A stretch of DNA of 64,000 bases from Actinobacteria bacterium UBA4426. GTDB taxonomy: Bacteria > Actinomycetota > Actinomycetes > S36-B12. The notes under the pieces were generated by a model. The model did no database searches, was not told the origin of the DNA, and worked only from the letters and a program-made list of their open reading frames with translations. Positions within the stretch are counted from its first letter, which is position 1, and each line of letters begins with the position of its first letter. A program made the translations under genes and the position numbers. The stretch spans positions 5,608 to 69,607 of the forward strand of contig DGQA01000012.1 of assembly GCA_002390705.1 (NCBI GenBank), given 5' to 3'. Shown here piece by piece: positions 1 to 10,983 of this stretch.

Positions 1-520
1 ATTCCTTTATTGCTGCTAACGCATTTGAGTCATGGAACATGATGTACGGGGTGACAAAAAAGGTAACAATCGACCAAGCTGCAGCTCCGAGCGCAGCAAA
101 AATATTACCGGCAATTCCAGCGGCACCACTGCCATTGTCACGCATCGCCGCAAATAATGCTCCAACTGCAGCGCGAATCAATGACCAAGCAAAAAGCGGC
201 ATCAATTTACCGAATGCTTTGCCAAAGCCATAACCCACAGAAACATCTTTACCGGCAAGCTCGGCATCAGCAGCACTGACCAAGGCGGCACCGGAGAGCG
301 TAAAAGAATAATTGACAAAAACGAGGCCAATTGCTGCAACGATGATTGCCAGGACCTCGGAGTCATTGGCGAGTAATCCAATTGCTGCAATTCCAAAAAT
401 CACGATCGGGATCAGGGAAAGCACCAGGCCGAGAACTGGGAACCACAGAAAATACTTATTTTTCCCCAATAATGACCAACACTTTTTACTCAGTACGCGG
501 CCTTCAGCCCATTTGCTCAT
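1..520 (-). CDS. membrane protein, N-terminal part only (gene continues past window start); DUF6159-like
   Basis: The minus-strand frame is open from ATG (520-518) to the window edge (MSKWAEGRVLSKKCWSLLGKNKYFLWFPVLGLVLSLIPIV...). It contains several hydrophobic helices. It is absent from the ORF track because no stop lies inside the window. Confidence 0.5.
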   Translation of the reverse strand, partial: MSKWAEGRVLSKKCWSLLGKNKYFLWFPVLGLVLSLIPIVIFGIAAIGLLANDSEVLAIIVAAIGLVFVNYSFTLSGAALVSAADAELAGKDVSVGYGFGKAFGKLMPLFAWSLIRAAVGALFAAMRDNGSGAAGIAGNIFAALGAAAWSIVTFFVTPYIMFHDSNALAAIKE

Positions 521-845
521 GGGGCTAAGCGTACTCGTGCACAGCATCTGATCTCAAGAAAGACCAGGTCGTAGTCAGGGTTTGGCAGTGACAGCACGGG
601 GTGAGCGTGCTTGTGTGCGACAAAAAGGCCCCAAATCTGACTCGATTGTTACCGCGAGATTCAATTGGTACGGAACTGTGGCAGAAGTTGTGAAGTAGCC
701 GCTCGCTGCGGGTACTGTTGTGAGGGTCAATATGCACGGACTGTGTAAGTCAAGAACTACGCGAATGCGTTAAGGCTCTGGCGCACCAAATCATCTAAAT
801 TGTTGGGTCACCGAAAATTGGTTCACTTGACATTAAGATGCGGTC

Positions 846-1994
846 ATGCCGATAAACGTGGAAGAGACTGCATCCAGCGAAGGCAAATGGTTGTATCGTG
901 TGCCACTGCGCTTGGTGCGATGGGGAGTATCTTCGTGGTTGATTCTCGGGATCGCTGCAGTGTTGGTTATCATCTATCTGGGCCTGTCTCAACTCACCAG
1001 TTTGTTGATTCCGCTCGTCGTGGCGGTTGTGATCGGCATGCTGTTCTCGCCGGTCGTTGATCGACTTACGCGTGCAGGACTGGCGCCCTTTGTGGCAGCC
1101 TCACTAGTGCTGATCGGACTTGTCGCGATCACGGCGTTGTCTATTTTCCTAGCCGTAAAAGGCATCTACGATCAGCGCGATCTGATTGTCGAGCAGTTCT
1201 CCCGCGGCTGGGAAATGATCCAGGTGTGGCTCGGTGAAAGAGGAATATCACTGGACAACATTGATCAGGTGTTCCAGACAGTTAATACGGGGATTTCAAG
1301 TGGTGCTAGCGGAGCCATCCAAGCTGGCCTTTCGAGTGTCTTTGCCTTCACACTGGGGCTCCTTATTGGATTGTTTCTATTGTTCTATGTGCTTAAAGAC
1401 TGGCACGTGATTAGGGACTGGGTTGCGCGCCATATGGGACTGATCCCAGCCGATGTAGGTGCAGGCATCATTAACGATGCCACACGGTCGATCCGCTCCT
1501 ATTTTGCGGGACTGGCAATAACTGCAGCACCTGTGGCTTTTCTGATTGGTGTGGCGATGTTGATTCTCGATATTCCGCTCGCGTTCACCGTGATGCTCGT
1601 CACCTTCGTGACGTCGTTCATCCCGTATCTAGGGGCAATCGTGAGCGGGGCGTTCGCGGTCCTTGTTGCTCTGGGAGCGGCGGGGGTTCGAGAAGCCATT
1701 ATCATTTTGGTCGTTGTCATCGTTGCGCAAAATGTATTGCAAACTTTGATGTTGACGAAGATAACAAGTGACAAGCTTGCTATTCACCCGATCGTTAATC
1801 TGGGGTCCACGATTATTGGTGCCACGTTGGCTGGAGTTGTAGGTGCCACTTTGTCTGCACCGGCCGTTGCGACCATGATTTTGGTCAGTCGTCGCCTCTC
1901 GCGATATCAGGATTCTGTTGGTGATGAGCACAAGGCTGCCACCTCCCGGCTGAGCGGAACGCGAGATGCCAGCTTGGAGCAAGTAGAGGAATAG
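846..1994 (+). CDS. AI-2E family (PerM/UPF0118) transporter
   Basis: 382-aa ORF with about 8 hydrophobic helices. The overall pattern is typical of AI-2E permeases. The start is uncertain. Confidence 0.7.
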   Translation: MPINVEETASSEGKWLYRVPLRLVRWGVSSWLILGIAAVLVIIYLGLSQLTSLLIPLVVAVVIGMLFSPVVDRLTRAGLAPFVAASLVLIGLVAITALSIFLAVKGIYDQRDLIVEQFSRGWEMIQVWLGERGISLDNIDQVFQTVNTGISSGASGAIQAGLSSVFAFTLGLLIGLFLLFYVLKDWHVIRDWVARHMGLIPADVGAGIINDATRSIRSYFAGLAITAAPVAFLIGVAMLILDIPLAFTVMLVTFVTSFIPYLGAIVSGAFAVLVALGAAGVREAIIILVVVIVAQNVLQTLMLTKITSDKLAIHPIVNLGSTIIGATLAGVVGATLSAPAVATMILVSRRLSRYQDSVGDEHKAATSRLSGTRDASLEQVEE

Positions 1995-2184
1995 TTGAGC
2001 GTTGTTGTCGAGTCACGGTTGAATCTATGTGCACCCGCCCGAGCCCATGGCGTCGCTCCTGCGTGAGTAGGCACTCAATCGTTCAAGGTCAAAAAGAACC
2101 TCAACACCGAATCTTCAGTGAAGTGATCCTGGAAAAATAGCAGACCCGCGCGGTGGGCACTGCGTTGTTTTCGCAAAAATCTCG

Positions 2185-2258
2185 TGGAGCGGGTGACGGG
2201 AATCGAACCCGCATATCTAGCTTGGGAAGCTAGCGCTCTACCACTGAGCTACACCCGC
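2185..2258 (-). tRNA. tRNA-Gly (anticodon CCC), CCA encoded
   Basis: The reverse complement GCGGGTGTAGCTCAGTGGTAGAGCGCTAGCTTCCCAAGCTAGATATGCGGGTTCGATTCCCGTCACCCGCTCCA folds as a cloverleaf. It has a 7-bp acceptor stem, the anticodon loop TTCCCAA and the T-loop TTCGATT. Confidence 0.9.
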
Positions 2259-2341
2259 AAGTTGATGTGTTAACCGGGACCTCGGAGTCTAGTAGGGGCT
2301 GATCGCGTGCGCTCAACACCTTGACTGGGTACGTTGTAGTC

Positions 2342-2746
2342 ATGGAACAGGTACCGCAACAACGCAATGTCCATGGTGACCCACTAGAGGTGTGCAGTAT
2401 TGAGCCTTTGACAGGCTTTTTCCGCGACGGCTACACAAACACAAGTCCTGACGATTTTGGTTCGCATACGGTCTGCGCGGTTGTGAGTGCCGATTTCCTA
2501 GAGCACCAGCGGTCAGTAGGTAATGACTTGATCACACCCATGCCGCAATATGGGTTCCCAGGATTAGTACCAGGGGATCGCTGGGGTGTGTGTGCTGGAC
2601 GTTGGTTGCAGTCGTATGAAGCAGGTGTAAAAGGTCCGGTCTTGCTGGCAGCAACCAATGAGGCAGCACTTGATTCGGTCCCACTTGCCGCACTCGTTGA
2701 GTGCGCGGCAGATATTCCGCCAGATATTTCAGGATTGGTCGAGTAG
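2342..2746 (+). CDS. DUF2237 family protein
   Basis: ATG at 2342 within the track ORF 2321..2746. The sequence (NVHGDPLEVCS...TGFFRDGYTNT...HTVCAVVSADFLE) matches my recollection of the conserved DUF2237 pattern. Confidence 0.65.
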   Translation: MEQVPQQRNVHGDPLEVCSIEPLTGFFRDGYTNTSPDDFGSHTVCAVVSADFLEHQRSVGNDLITPMPQYGFPGLVPGDRWGVCAGRWLQSYEAGVKGPVLLAATNEAALDSVPLAALVECAADIPPDISGLVE

Positions 2747-5700
2747 TCGACCGTATCTGTGCATGGTGCGGGAGATTGCTTGCTCCTTGATCCAGTGGGT
2801 AAGTTCAATGCGGCCGCATCCGGTTACTGGAGCCGGGTCCACCGTGATGCTGGCTTTGTGTGCGAGTTCGAACAATTCATCTGTTGCCGGTGCAAGTAAC
2901 CGCAACCGCATTTCCCCTTGTGAGCGTGACATCCGATTTCCCAGGGCAGCTTCAGATTCATCACTGTGGACGGAGATTTCTAGAGGGACACCGGTCAGTG
3001 CTGATGCTGCTCGCATCAGATCAATTTCTGGCGCTGTTGGATCGCTGCAGCGAACAAATACTTTTTCAATGGGGATGTACCGTAAAATATTGGCTTCACT
3101 CTTGAGATTTGTCGGGTCGTGTTCGTGGGTGAAGTAGTTGTTCCACTCACTTGCGTAATCGATGATGGCTGCACCAACGTTGAGGTTCTGATCCGTCCAA
3201 TTCCCGTACCCGGAAAGGTGATTGGGCCCTCCGGGTTTGAGTCCTGATCCAATACTCGACTTTTTCCATCCACCAAATGGCTGTCGCTGCACAATTGCTC
3301 CGGTGATATGACGGTTGACATAAGCATTACCGACCTGCACGTTGGCAAGCCAATAAGCAATTTCCTTGGGGTCAAGGGACTGAAGCCCTCCGGTGAGGCC
3401 GTAATCGGTTGCATTTTGAAGTTGCAGTGCATGGGTCAAGTCTTGTGCTCGCATGAGACCCAAGACCGGGCCGAAGCACTCAGTGAGGTGAAACCAGGAA
3501 TTTGGTTTCACCTCCTTGCGTACACCAGGGGTAAACGTGGTGTCATCGATCTCCCTTGGCTCAACGAGCCAAGTTTCATTTTGTTCAAGTGAGGTCAGTG
3601 CGCGCAGCAAGTTTCCGGTTGGTGGGCTGATTACTGGACCGACCATATTGGTGAAGTCAGTTGCGGCGCCGACGGGGAGTGAGCGAACGGCATCGGCCAG
3701 ACGCACATGGAAAGTTGGGTCGTCGTAGACGGAAGCCTCAATGATTGCCAAACTTGCAGCAGAGCATTTTTGCCCCGCGTGACCAAAAGCGGATTTGACC
3801 AATTCCTTGATGGCTTGATCAATATCTGCCGAAGCCGTAATCACGATGGCATTTTTCCCGCTGGTCTCAGCGTTGAGGTGCATTGATGGCTTCCAGCTGT
3901 GGAACATTTGGGCGGTATCAATGGAACCGGTGAGCATGACCATGTCGACACCTGGGTGAGTGACCAGGTGAGATCCCACTTCGTTGTCGGGGGTGCACAC
4001 AAGTTGCACAAGATCGCGTGGGACACCGGCTGTGTGCAATTGGTCGACGAGTGCTGCAGCAACGGCGCGGGCTTCCGGTGCCGGTTTGAGGATTGCAGCG
4101 CTGCCAGCGGCAATTGCTGTAACGAGACCGTTGTGAGGAATTGCAGCTGGGAAGTTCCATGGCCCAGCTACGAGTACTAGGCGGAAGGGTTCCCAGGTGA
4201 GACCTGATGCGATGTATTGCTCGTGCGCGAGCGTTGTGTGAGCAGCGTAGTTGGCGAAATCGATTGCTTCAGAGATTTCTGGGTCTGCCTCACGGGGGGT
4301 TTTACCCACAGTCTTAGCCATGATTGCCAAGGTTTCGCCACGATGGGCCTCCATGACCTCTGCGACTTGCGCAAGCACTACTCGGCGCGCAGCCCAGGAG
4401 GTGGTGGACCATTCCTGTTGGGCGGCGTGCGCGCGTTCGACGATTTGGTCGACTGCTTGGACTGAGTCAATGATCTCTGGTTGAGGGACTGTAGTGTCTG
4501 CGAATTTTTTAGTGACCCACTCTCGGCTCGCGGGGAGGGTGAAGTCCGTATCGGGGCTTGGGAGGAAGCTGCCGTCAACGGGGTAGCGGATTGTTTCGTT
4601 GCTGCGGTTCTGGATTCGGCGCGACGCACGGCTAACGGTGTGACGATCACGGACGGAATCGCGGAACCACTGTGATTGGCGCTCCCATTCAGCAGATCCC
4701 GGAGTGATGTCAAACAGGGCGCGCAGGAAATTCTCAGGTGCGGAGTTTTCGTCTAGCCGACGTGAGAGGTAGGCAATTGACGCATCGCGATCTTCTTTCG
4801 CAACGACGGGTGAGTATAAAAGAAGTTCCCCTGCGTCATTTCGGACCGCACGGGATTGTGGTGGTGCCATTCCCTCGAGCATTTCAATTTCCATAATGTC
4901 GTGGGCGTGTAGTTGGTCTCGCAAGGTCAACGCCCAAGCAACTTCAAACAAGTTGTGGCTGGCAACACCCAAACGCACTGCCCCTCGGTCCGCTTTGGTG
5001 AGTGCGGTTTCCAGCATCGCTTTGTATGAAGCATCAACATCATGTTTGGTCGGGTACGGTGCTTGGGGCCAGTCGTGTAATTCGGCTTCCACGACTTCCA
5101 TCGCGAGGTTCGCCCCTTTGACTAGGCGAATTTTTATGGGTGCACCGCCATTGCGGTAGCGCTCGTTGGCCCAGTCGATTAACGTCAAGAGGGCGTCGTG
5201 GCTGTCAGGGATATATGCCTGCAAAACAATCCCGGCCTGCATTTGAGTGAACTCTGGCGTGGACAGTACGTGCATGAAGGCACCAACGGAGAGTTCAAGA
5301 TCGCGGAACTCTTCCATGTCGAGGTTCACAAAAGTGTGTGGTGCTGTGGACGCTGCCGCACGATAAAGGTCGTGGAGTCGTTCTTCAATCCGTTGTAGGG
5401 ACGCAGTTTTCGCAAGTGCATCCAGGTTCGCGCACACGGCTGAGATTTTTACGGACACGTAGTTGACGTCGGGACGCAGAATTTGATTACGAACTGATTC
5501 GGTGCGCTTGGTTGCTTCGTCATCTCCCAAAATCGCTTCACCCAACACATTGATGTTGAGATTAAACCCGTCTGATTTTCGATTCTTCACATATTTACTA
5601 AATGCTGGATCTTCGGATGGCAGGATCACACCGGCGGTGTCCTTGGATATTCGCCAGCTGACGGCTTTTTCGGTGATTCGAGGAATCAGTGGCGCGATCT

Positions 5701-6013
5701 TTCCCAGTGTGGCTAATCCGAAGCGATCGAATCTGCCTAGGGATACGGGCACGCCTTCGGCGGTGAGATCGTGCAACCTGCGCGCCGAACGTTTTGCTTT
5801 TCGAATTCGCAGGACTTGGTCGGTGAGGTCAAGGAGCAGGTCGCGACCTTGGTCGTCAGCGAGCAGGGTTGAGAGGCGGGTGGCAGAAGCGGCCTCCTTG
5901 CGAGAGGTGTCTGCGAGCGAGGCCTCGAGCAAGGCCAGGGCCCGGGTGTAGGCCAAGTCAATTAACTCGTCGTCGTGGGGCATGTCACTCACAGATGTCA
6001 TGTTGCTATCCAA
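2729..6013 (-). CDS. putA: bifunctional proline dehydrogenase / L-glutamate-gamma-semialdehyde dehydrogenase
   Basis: 1094 aa. The N-terminal half is proline-dehydrogenase-like. The C-terminal half is an aldehyde dehydrogenase, with GPWNFP, ETSGKNA and the catalytic-Cys context FGHAGQKCSAAS. Confidence 0.9.
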   Translation of the reverse strand: MDSNMTSVSDMPHDDELIDLAYTRALALLEASLADTSRKEAASATRLSTLLADDQGRDLLLDLTDQVLRIRKAKRSARRLHDLTAEGVPVSLGRFDRFGLATLGKIAPLIPRITEKAVSWRISKDTAGVILPSEDPAFSKYVKNRKSDGFNLNINVLGEAILGDDEATKRTESVRNQILRPDVNYVSVKISAVCANLDALAKTASLQRIEERLHDLYRAAASTAPHTFVNLDMEEFRDLELSVGAFMHVLSTPEFTQMQAGIVLQAYIPDSHDALLTLIDWANERYRNGGAPIKIRLVKGANLAMEVVEAELHDWPQAPYPTKHDVDASYKAMLETALTKADRGAVRLGVASHNLFEVAWALTLRDQLHAHDIMEIEMLEGMAPPQSRAVRNDAGELLLYSPVVAKEDRDASIAYLSRRLDENSAPENFLRALFDITPGSAEWERQSQWFRDSVRDRHTVSRASRRIQNRSNETIRYPVDGSFLPSPDTDFTLPASREWVTKKFADTTVPQPEIIDSVQAVDQIVERAHAAQQEWSTTSWAARRVVLAQVAEVMEAHRGETLAIMAKTVGKTPREADPEISEAIDFANYAAHTTLAHEQYIASGLTWEPFRLVLVAGPWNFPAAIPHNGLVTAIAAGSAAILKPAPEARAVAAALVDQLHTAGVPRDLVQLVCTPDNEVGSHLVTHPGVDMVMLTGSIDTAQMFHSWKPSMHLNAETSGKNAIVITASADIDQAIKELVKSAFGHAGQKCSAASLAIIEASVYDDPTFHVRLADAVRSLPVGAATDFTNMVGPVISPPTGNLLRALTSLEQNETWLVEPREIDDTTFTPGVRKEVKPNSWFHLTECFGPVLGLMRAQDLTHALQLQNATDYGLTGGLQSLDPKEIAYWLANVQVGNAYVNRHITGAIVQRQPFGGWKKSSIGSGLKPGGPNHLSGYGNWTDQNLNVGAAIIDYASEWNNYFTHEHDPTNLKSEANILRYIPIEKVFVRCSDPTAPEIDLMRAASALTGVPLEISVHSDESEAALGNRMSRSQGEMRLRLLAPATDELFELAHKASITVDPAPVTGCGRIELTHWIKEQAISRTMHRYGRLLDQS

Positions 6014-6818
6014 GTACTGGCCAGGGGGGTCTGTCTTGTGTAAAGGTGTGCACGTGGATGTCGAATTAGTACAAAATCAGTCGGTGTTTTTGTTCCGGCA
6101 ATTAGTTGATGGGGTGCCCCAGGTCATGGGCTCGATCAAGGATCTTAACGATCGGCATTTCTATGTCAATGTGGGGTTTTGTGCTCGATTGGGGCTCAGA
6201 TCGGGTGATGTTCTGGGACACACCGTCCGCGAGCTTTTTGGTGACGAACTCGCAGATTCCTATTTGCAGCAAGATGAATTGGTACTAAAAACGGGAAAAC
6301 CTCTGCAGAATCATTTGGAGTTGATTGTGCGAGCTGACGGCCAACTGGGTTGGTATGTAACGAGCAAATCAGTGATTGTCTCGACACTGGGTGAACCGAT
6401 TGGAATCGCAGTGTTGTCGGTTGACCTGCACTCGCAGGTAAATAGCGCCCACGCTGGGCTTGCCCGAGTGATCGCGGCGATCCGGGCGCGAATCGAGCTG
6501 CGGTGGCGAGTCGCACAGATGGCCGAGATCGCAGGGGTCTCCTCGCCATCGCTTGAGAGGCTGGCCAGGCGGACATTGGGTCTGCCTCCGCAGCAACTTT
6601 TGCAGCGGCTTCGCCTGGAGCATGCGGTGATGCTGATTACGCAAACGTCAATGTCTATGGGGAATATTGCCGCTGAATGCGGGTTTTACGACCAGAGCTC
6701 GTTTACCCGACAATTTCGCAAAGTTTTAGGCCTGACTCCCGGCGCCTATCGGCGCGCGGGCGAGTCAAAACCGGTAACCTTCCCACGTGCTGCTATCAGA
6801 CCGGGATCTATTGACTGA
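5982..6818 (+). CDS. AraC family transcriptional regulator with N-terminal PAS-like sensor
   Basis: C-terminal AraC double HTH (...[28 protein letters not shown]) and an N-terminal PAS-like fold. It is divergent from putA. The start is uncertain: 5982 overlaps the putA start, and an in-frame GTG lies at 6054. Confidence 0.75.
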   Translation: MSLTDVMLLSKYWPGGSVLCKGVHVDVELVQNQSVFLFRQLVDGVPQVMGSIKDLNDRHFYVNVGFCARLGLRSGDVLGHTVRELFGDELADSYLQQDELVLKTGKPLQNHLELIVRADGQLGWYVTSKSVIVSTLGEPIGIAVLSVDLHSQVNSAHAGLARVIAAIRARIELRWRVAQMAEIAGVSSPSLERLARRTLGLPPQQLLQRLRLEHAVMLITQTSMSMGNIAAECGFYDQSSFTRQFRKVLGLTPGAYRRAGESKPVTFPRAAIRPGSID

Positions 6819-7362
6819 GATCGACAATCAACGTGTGGCCATTGAGCCGTTTGATGTGGAAATGGTTCAGCCTTCGAGCATTGACATTCGGCTGGACCGG
6901 ATGTTCCGAGTGTTTGAGAACCACCGTTATCCGCATATTGATCCCAGTATTGAGCAGGCCGACCTCACCCGACTGATTGAGCCTGAGGGCGACGACCCGT
7001 TCATTTTGCATCCGGGCGAATTTGTCCTGGGGTCAACCCTTGAGGTTGTGTCCTTACCCGATGACATCGCGGGGCGTTTAGAAGGTAAGTCCTCCCTTGG
7101 TCGGCTCGGGTTACTTACCCACTCAACGGCCGGTTTTATTGACCCCGGGTTTTCGGGTCACGTGACGCTGGAACTTTCTAATGTTGCCACCCTGCCGATC
7201 AAGCTGTTCCCGGGAATGAAAATTGGGCAGTTGTGCTTGTTCCGGCTGTCGAGTCCGGCAGATCACCCGTACGGGTCAGAAAAATATGGATCCCGTTACC
7301 AGGGGCAGCGTGGCCCAACACCTAGTCGGTCATTTGCGAATTTTCACCGTACCAAAATTTAG
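6787..7362 (+). CDS. dcd: dCTP deaminase
   Basis: 191 aa with a GTG start. The sequence is the conserved dCTP deaminase pattern (MLLSDRDL...SSIDIRL...[15 protein letters not shown]...). Confidence 0.9.
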   Translation: MLLSDRDLLTEIDNQRVAIEPFDVEMVQPSSIDIRLDRMFRVFENHRYPHIDPSIEQADLTRLIEPEGDDPFILHPGEFVLGSTLEVVSLPDDIAGRLEGKSSLGRLGLLTHSTAGFIDPGFSGHVTLELSNVATLPIKLFPGMKIGQLCLFRLSSPADHPYGSEKYGSRYQGQRGPTPSRSFANFHRTKI

Positions 7363-7379
7363 AGGCACCCTGTTAGTTG

Positions 7380-9590
7380 TTAGTTCACGACCTTTTTCCT
7401 GGTTGCTTCTAGGAGCAGAGTTGCAACATCAGATACAACAACACCCTCGGCTTGGCCTTCTTGTTGGCGCGAAGTAACAGCGTCGTTGAGCATTACGGAA
7501 CAGAATGGACAGGCAACAGCGATTGTCTTGGCTCCTGTTGCGATTGCTTCGTCACCGCGGTTCTTGTTCACTTGGGTTCCAATTTTTTCTTCCATCCACA
7601 TGCGGGCACCGCCGGCACCGCAGCAGAAGGATTTGTCGCCGGAGCGTTCCATCTCAATTTTCTTTGCCCCGGTTGCTTCAAGTAATTCGCGAGGTGGCAG
7701 GTAAATATTGTTGTGACGACCGAGGTAACAAGGATCGTGGTAGGTGACGCTTTCACTAGGCTCGGTGACCGGTGTGAGTCGATTGTAATTAACCAATTCA
7801 CGCAGGAGCTCGGTGTGGTGAACGACGTCGTAGTCGCCACCAATTTGGGGATATTCGCGCTTTAGGGTATTTAAGCAGTGTGGGCAGGTCACGACAATCT
7901 TGGTTGCCTTGATCTCGTTGAGCATTTCAACGTTTTGCATTGCTTGCATTTGATAAAGGAATTCATTTCCCGCACGACGCGCTGGGTCACCTGTGCACGT
8001 CTCGCCGTCGCCGAGGACCATGAAGTTTACGCCTGCGGTGTGGAGTAGTTCTGCTACTGCTTTTGTGGTCTTCTTTGCACGGTCTTCGAATGCACCCGCG
8101 CAACCAACCCAGAAGAGGTACTCAATATCGGCTGGAATTGTGTCTTCACCATCGCGGCCGAACACCCGAATCTCAAAGTCAACTTCGGTGATCCAGGAAT
8201 TGCGGTCTGCTGCGTTCATGCCCCATGGATTGCCCTTTGTTTCAACGTTTTTGAACATGCCGTTGAGTTCAGTGGGGAAGTCTGAAGCAATCATGACCTG
8301 ATTCCGGCGCATGTCAGCGATGTGGTCAACGTGCTCAATGTCCACCGGGCATTGATTGACGCAGGCGCCGCACATGGTGCATGACCACAAGACGTCGTTT
8401 CCAATGACTGGGAGCTCAAGTGAGAAGTCTCGGTGGCCGTCGTATGTGTAACCATCTGTTTCCGCGTGCTCGGTGTCCATTCGGTCACCAATGAATGGAC
8501 GTTGCAATAGTTCCTGCTGTTCTGGTGTGAGAGTGGCGAGCGCCGCTTCGTCCAATTCACCAGCCCCAAGCGTGGTTCCTTTTGCTGCAAGTAAGTACTC
8601 CGAGGAAGCGAACAGGTTGTCTCGAAGATCCATGATGAGAAGTTTTGGACTTAGTGGTTTTTCGGTGTTCCACGCGGGGCATTGGTCCTGACATCGCCCG
8701 CATTCGGTGCAGGCCATGAAGTCGACGTAATTTTTCCACGTAAATTCAGAGATGTGGCCTTTACCAAAAAGGGCATCTTCTGGTGGATCTTCAAAGTCAA
8801 GGGGCTTGCCGTCATACATGATGGGCTGTAATGGACCTAGAGCGTTGGGGCGACGTGATGTGTACACGTTGACCGGTGCGGTGAAGATATGAAGATGCTT
8901 GCTGTTGAGAACGATTAGCAGCAGTACGAGAATTACGCCGATGTTGAGCCATAAGCCAACGGTTTCAATCCATTCGTTTGTGTGAATGCTGAGGCCGTTA
9001 ATCCAAGTCGCGAAGTATTCGGACGCAAATGCACCGTCAGGGAATGGGAACACACCTGTGTTCACCTGAGCGGCGCGGTAAAGGAACAGCGTCCAAATAA
9101 CGTTGAAGATCATGAACAGAATCAGCCAAGCACCGGCAGTGTGCGAACCGAAGAATCGGGATGCGCGGCCATCTTTGCGAGGGTCATTTGTTAAACGAAT
9201 GAGTGCAAAAATTGCGATACCAACAAGGACAAGAATCGCGAAGAGGTCTTCCGCGAAACCAACGATCGCCCAAGTTCCGATGATCGGTACCGCGAAGTCA
9301 GCGACGTAAAGGGCGCCGAAAGCTTCGATGATAGTGAGGCCCAGAACGAGGAACCCCCAGAATGCGAATACGTGGGCAATGCCGGGAACTATCCACTTCA
9401 GAAGTTTCTTTTGACCTAAGACTTCAGTTGCTTCCGCTTCTACTCGAATTGTGGGGTCGGTGAATCGGCCAACCGACTGTCTACCGGTACGGGCAAGTGA
9501 AAACAGGAACAGGCCTCGTTTAGCCGCAAAGGCGATAAGTACTAGAGCAAGCACTGTGCCGACGAGTCCACGAATGAGCATCTGATCCAT
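7380..9590 (-). CDS. membrane-anchored (Fe-S)-binding reductase, Rv0338c-like
   Basis: 736 aa. The N-terminal domain is polytopic membrane. There are two ferredoxin-type motifs (CTECGRCQDQCP, CTMCGACVNQCP) and C-terminal cysteine-rich CCG-type motifs (PCYLGRH, CCGAGG). Confidence 0.8.
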   Translation of the reverse strand: MDQMLIRGLVGTVLALVLIAFAAKRGLFLFSLARTGRQSVGRFTDPTIRVEAEATEVLGQKKLLKWIVPGIAHVFAFWGFLVLGLTIIEAFGALYVADFAVPIIGTWAIVGFAEDLFAILVLVGIAIFALIRLTNDPRKDGRASRFFGSHTAGAWLILFMIFNVIWTLFLYRAAQVNTGVFPFPDGAFASEYFATWINGLSIHTNEWIETVGLWLNIGVILVLLLIVLNSKHLHIFTAPVNVYTSRRPNALGPLQPIMYDGKPLDFEDPPEDALFGKGHISEFTWKNYVDFMACTECGRCQDQCPAWNTEKPLSPKLLIMDLRDNLFASSEYLLAAKGTTLGAGELDEAALATLTPEQQELLQRPFIGDRMDTEHAETDGYTYDGHRDFSLELPVIGNDVLWSCTMCGACVNQCPVDIEHVDHIADMRRNQVMIASDFPTELNGMFKNVETKGNPWGMNAADRNSWITEVDFEIRVFGRDGEDTIPADIEYLFWVGCAGAFEDRAKKTTKAVAELLHTAGVNFMVLGDGETCTGDPARRAGNEFLYQMQAMQNVEMLNEIKATKIVVTCPHCLNTLKREYPQIGGDYDVVHHTELLRELVNYNRLTPVTEPSESVTYHDPCYLGRHNNIYLPPRELLEATGAKKIEMERSGDKSFCCGAGGARMWMEEKIGTQVNKNRGDEAIATGAKTIAVACPFCSVMLNDAVTSRQQEGQAEGVVVSDVATLLLEATRKKVVN

Positions 9591-9696
9591 TGGGTAAATC
9601 TACTCACATTATGGGAATGCCACTCATTACCCGCGGCTATTTGGAGGTAGGGCGGATTTGTCCATATGTGAAAAGCGGGGGCAGTACGATCAGATA

Positions 9697-10242
9697 ATGG
9701 CGGCGAATCCGGATCGGGCTTCGTATTTCCCCGCAATTGAGAAGAAATACGAGCAGCCCATGACACATTGGTTTGATCAAATGAAGGAAATCTCAGATCG
9801 GAAATATCCCGAGCAGATCGCGTATCTTCGGGAGAATTACGGGTTTAGCCAAGCCCATGCGAATGCTTTGGTCCTGTATTCCCGTGGCTCCACCACTTCA
9901 CGCAAATACGTGAGCGTGGATGACTACTTGAGGCAGTTTGACGATGTCAAGTGCGAAACCGTGCGCTCAATTTTTAAGGCTATGACGGGTAAGTACAAGA
10001 AAATGGATGTTTTCATTGCGTGGAATCACCCATTCGCCCAGATCAGTGACCGGTACATCATGGGGGTCTCAGTGCACCAGAACCACATCCTGCTGGGACC
10101 CACGAGAACCGAAGTCCTTACCGAACTAGCATCAGATCTGTCTCCCTACGTTGTGAACAAAAAGACTTTCAAGGTGCCTGTCGATTGGAAAGTTGACACC
10201 AAACTGATGCGCAAAATGGTGGAGTTGACAATTAAGAGATGA
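9697..10242 (+). CDS. DUF4287/DUF5655-like protein
   Basis: ATG at 9697 inside the track ORF. The N-terminal pattern (YFPAIEKKYEQPMTHWFDQM...) resembles the DUF4287 family. Confidence 0.55.
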   Translation: MAANPDRASYFPAIEKKYEQPMTHWFDQMKEISDRKYPEQIAYLRENYGFSQAHANALVLYSRGSTTSRKYVSVDDYLRQFDDVKCETVRSIFKAMTGKYKKMDVFIAWNHPFAQISDRYIMGVSVHQNHILLGPTRTEVLTELASDLSPYVVNKKTFKVPVDWKVDTKLMRKMVELTIKR

Positions 10243-10273
10243 TTATCCGGGGGTGACAGGTTGTCATGGACCG

Positions 10274-10921
10274 TTACTTGACAAAAATTTTCCCCTGCTG
10301 CCATGCTCTTACTGCCTTCGTTCGGGGATTGAAATCAGGATCATTTCCAAGGCCCAGCGCTGTGAAGGTTCGCTGGACCAAAGCCTCGGTCGAGCGGACA
10401 GAGGCGCCTCGTTTTTTGGCTATGGCGGCGTTTGTGTAGCCCTCGGCGATGAGGAAAAGAATTTCACCTTGTGCTTTGCTGATACACAGTTGTTCCCCTG
10501 TGTGTTTTTGTGGCACCGTCGACGGGGAGTGCGTGGTGATTGAGTCTTTGACTGCGGTGACAAGTTCGGAGATTGAACTGACTTGGCTTTTTATCAAGTA
10601 GGTGAGGCCGTCGGTGAGTTGGTGTCCGATGGGTAATGCCAGTAAAGGTGATAGGTGCGAGGTGAGAACGACTTTTCCGATCCAGGGGTGGTGCTCATCT
10701 AGGTGAGTGAGGAGGTCGGCACCGGTGGGAGCTCCATGACCAAAATTTAAGTCAGTCACTAATACGTTGGGTGAAAATGATTCGATTGTGGAGATTGCAT
10801 CGGGCACCGTCGGTACCCCACTTACGGCAAAGTTGGCTGCGGCCAATGCCTCGGTCACGAGAGTGAGGGTGAAGGGGTCATTGTCTACTACCAGCACGCG
10901 CACTTGGAATCCTTGCACCAT
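10274..10921 (-). CDS. response regulator, NarL/LuxR family (REC + HTH)
   Basis: 215 aa. The receiver domain has VLVVDND, a phospho-acceptor context VLVTDLNF, and later T and K positions. The C-terminal LuxR HTH reads ISKAQGEILFLIAEGYTNAAIAKKRGASVRSTEALVQRTF. No kinase gene is adjacent. Confidence 0.85.
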   Translation of the reverse strand: MVQGFQVRVLVVDNDPFTLTLVTEALAAANFAVSGVPTVPDAISTIESFSPNVLVTDLNFGHGAPTGADLLTHLDEHHPWIGKVVLTSHLSPLLALPIGHQLTDGLTYLIKSQVSSISELVTAVKDSITTHSPSTVPQKHTGEQLCISKAQGEILFLIAEGYTNAAIAKKRGASVRSTEALVQRTFTALGLGNDPDFNPRTKAVRAWQQGKIFVK

Positions 10922-10983
10922 AATTCTCCTAAATTCGGTTTTTCAATTGTGCGGTTTTAGGTTTGTGCACGCGCGAGCGTGTA

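Noticed and set aside
521-845. A 325-bp divergent spacer contains several short hairpins (e.g. AGCACG-N7-CGTGCT). I considered a riboswitch, SRP RNA or 6C-type ncRNA.
   Set aside because: I could not match it to any RNA family consensus I know. It is probably just divergent promoter DNA.
848-855. A perfect GCCGATAA octamer overlaps the ATG of the AI-2E transporter gene.
   Set aside because: The tetramer 15 nt upstream is GACA (part of a TTGACA), not TCAA or TAAA. The box lies on the start codon itself and far from the flagellar island. It is most likely coincidental.
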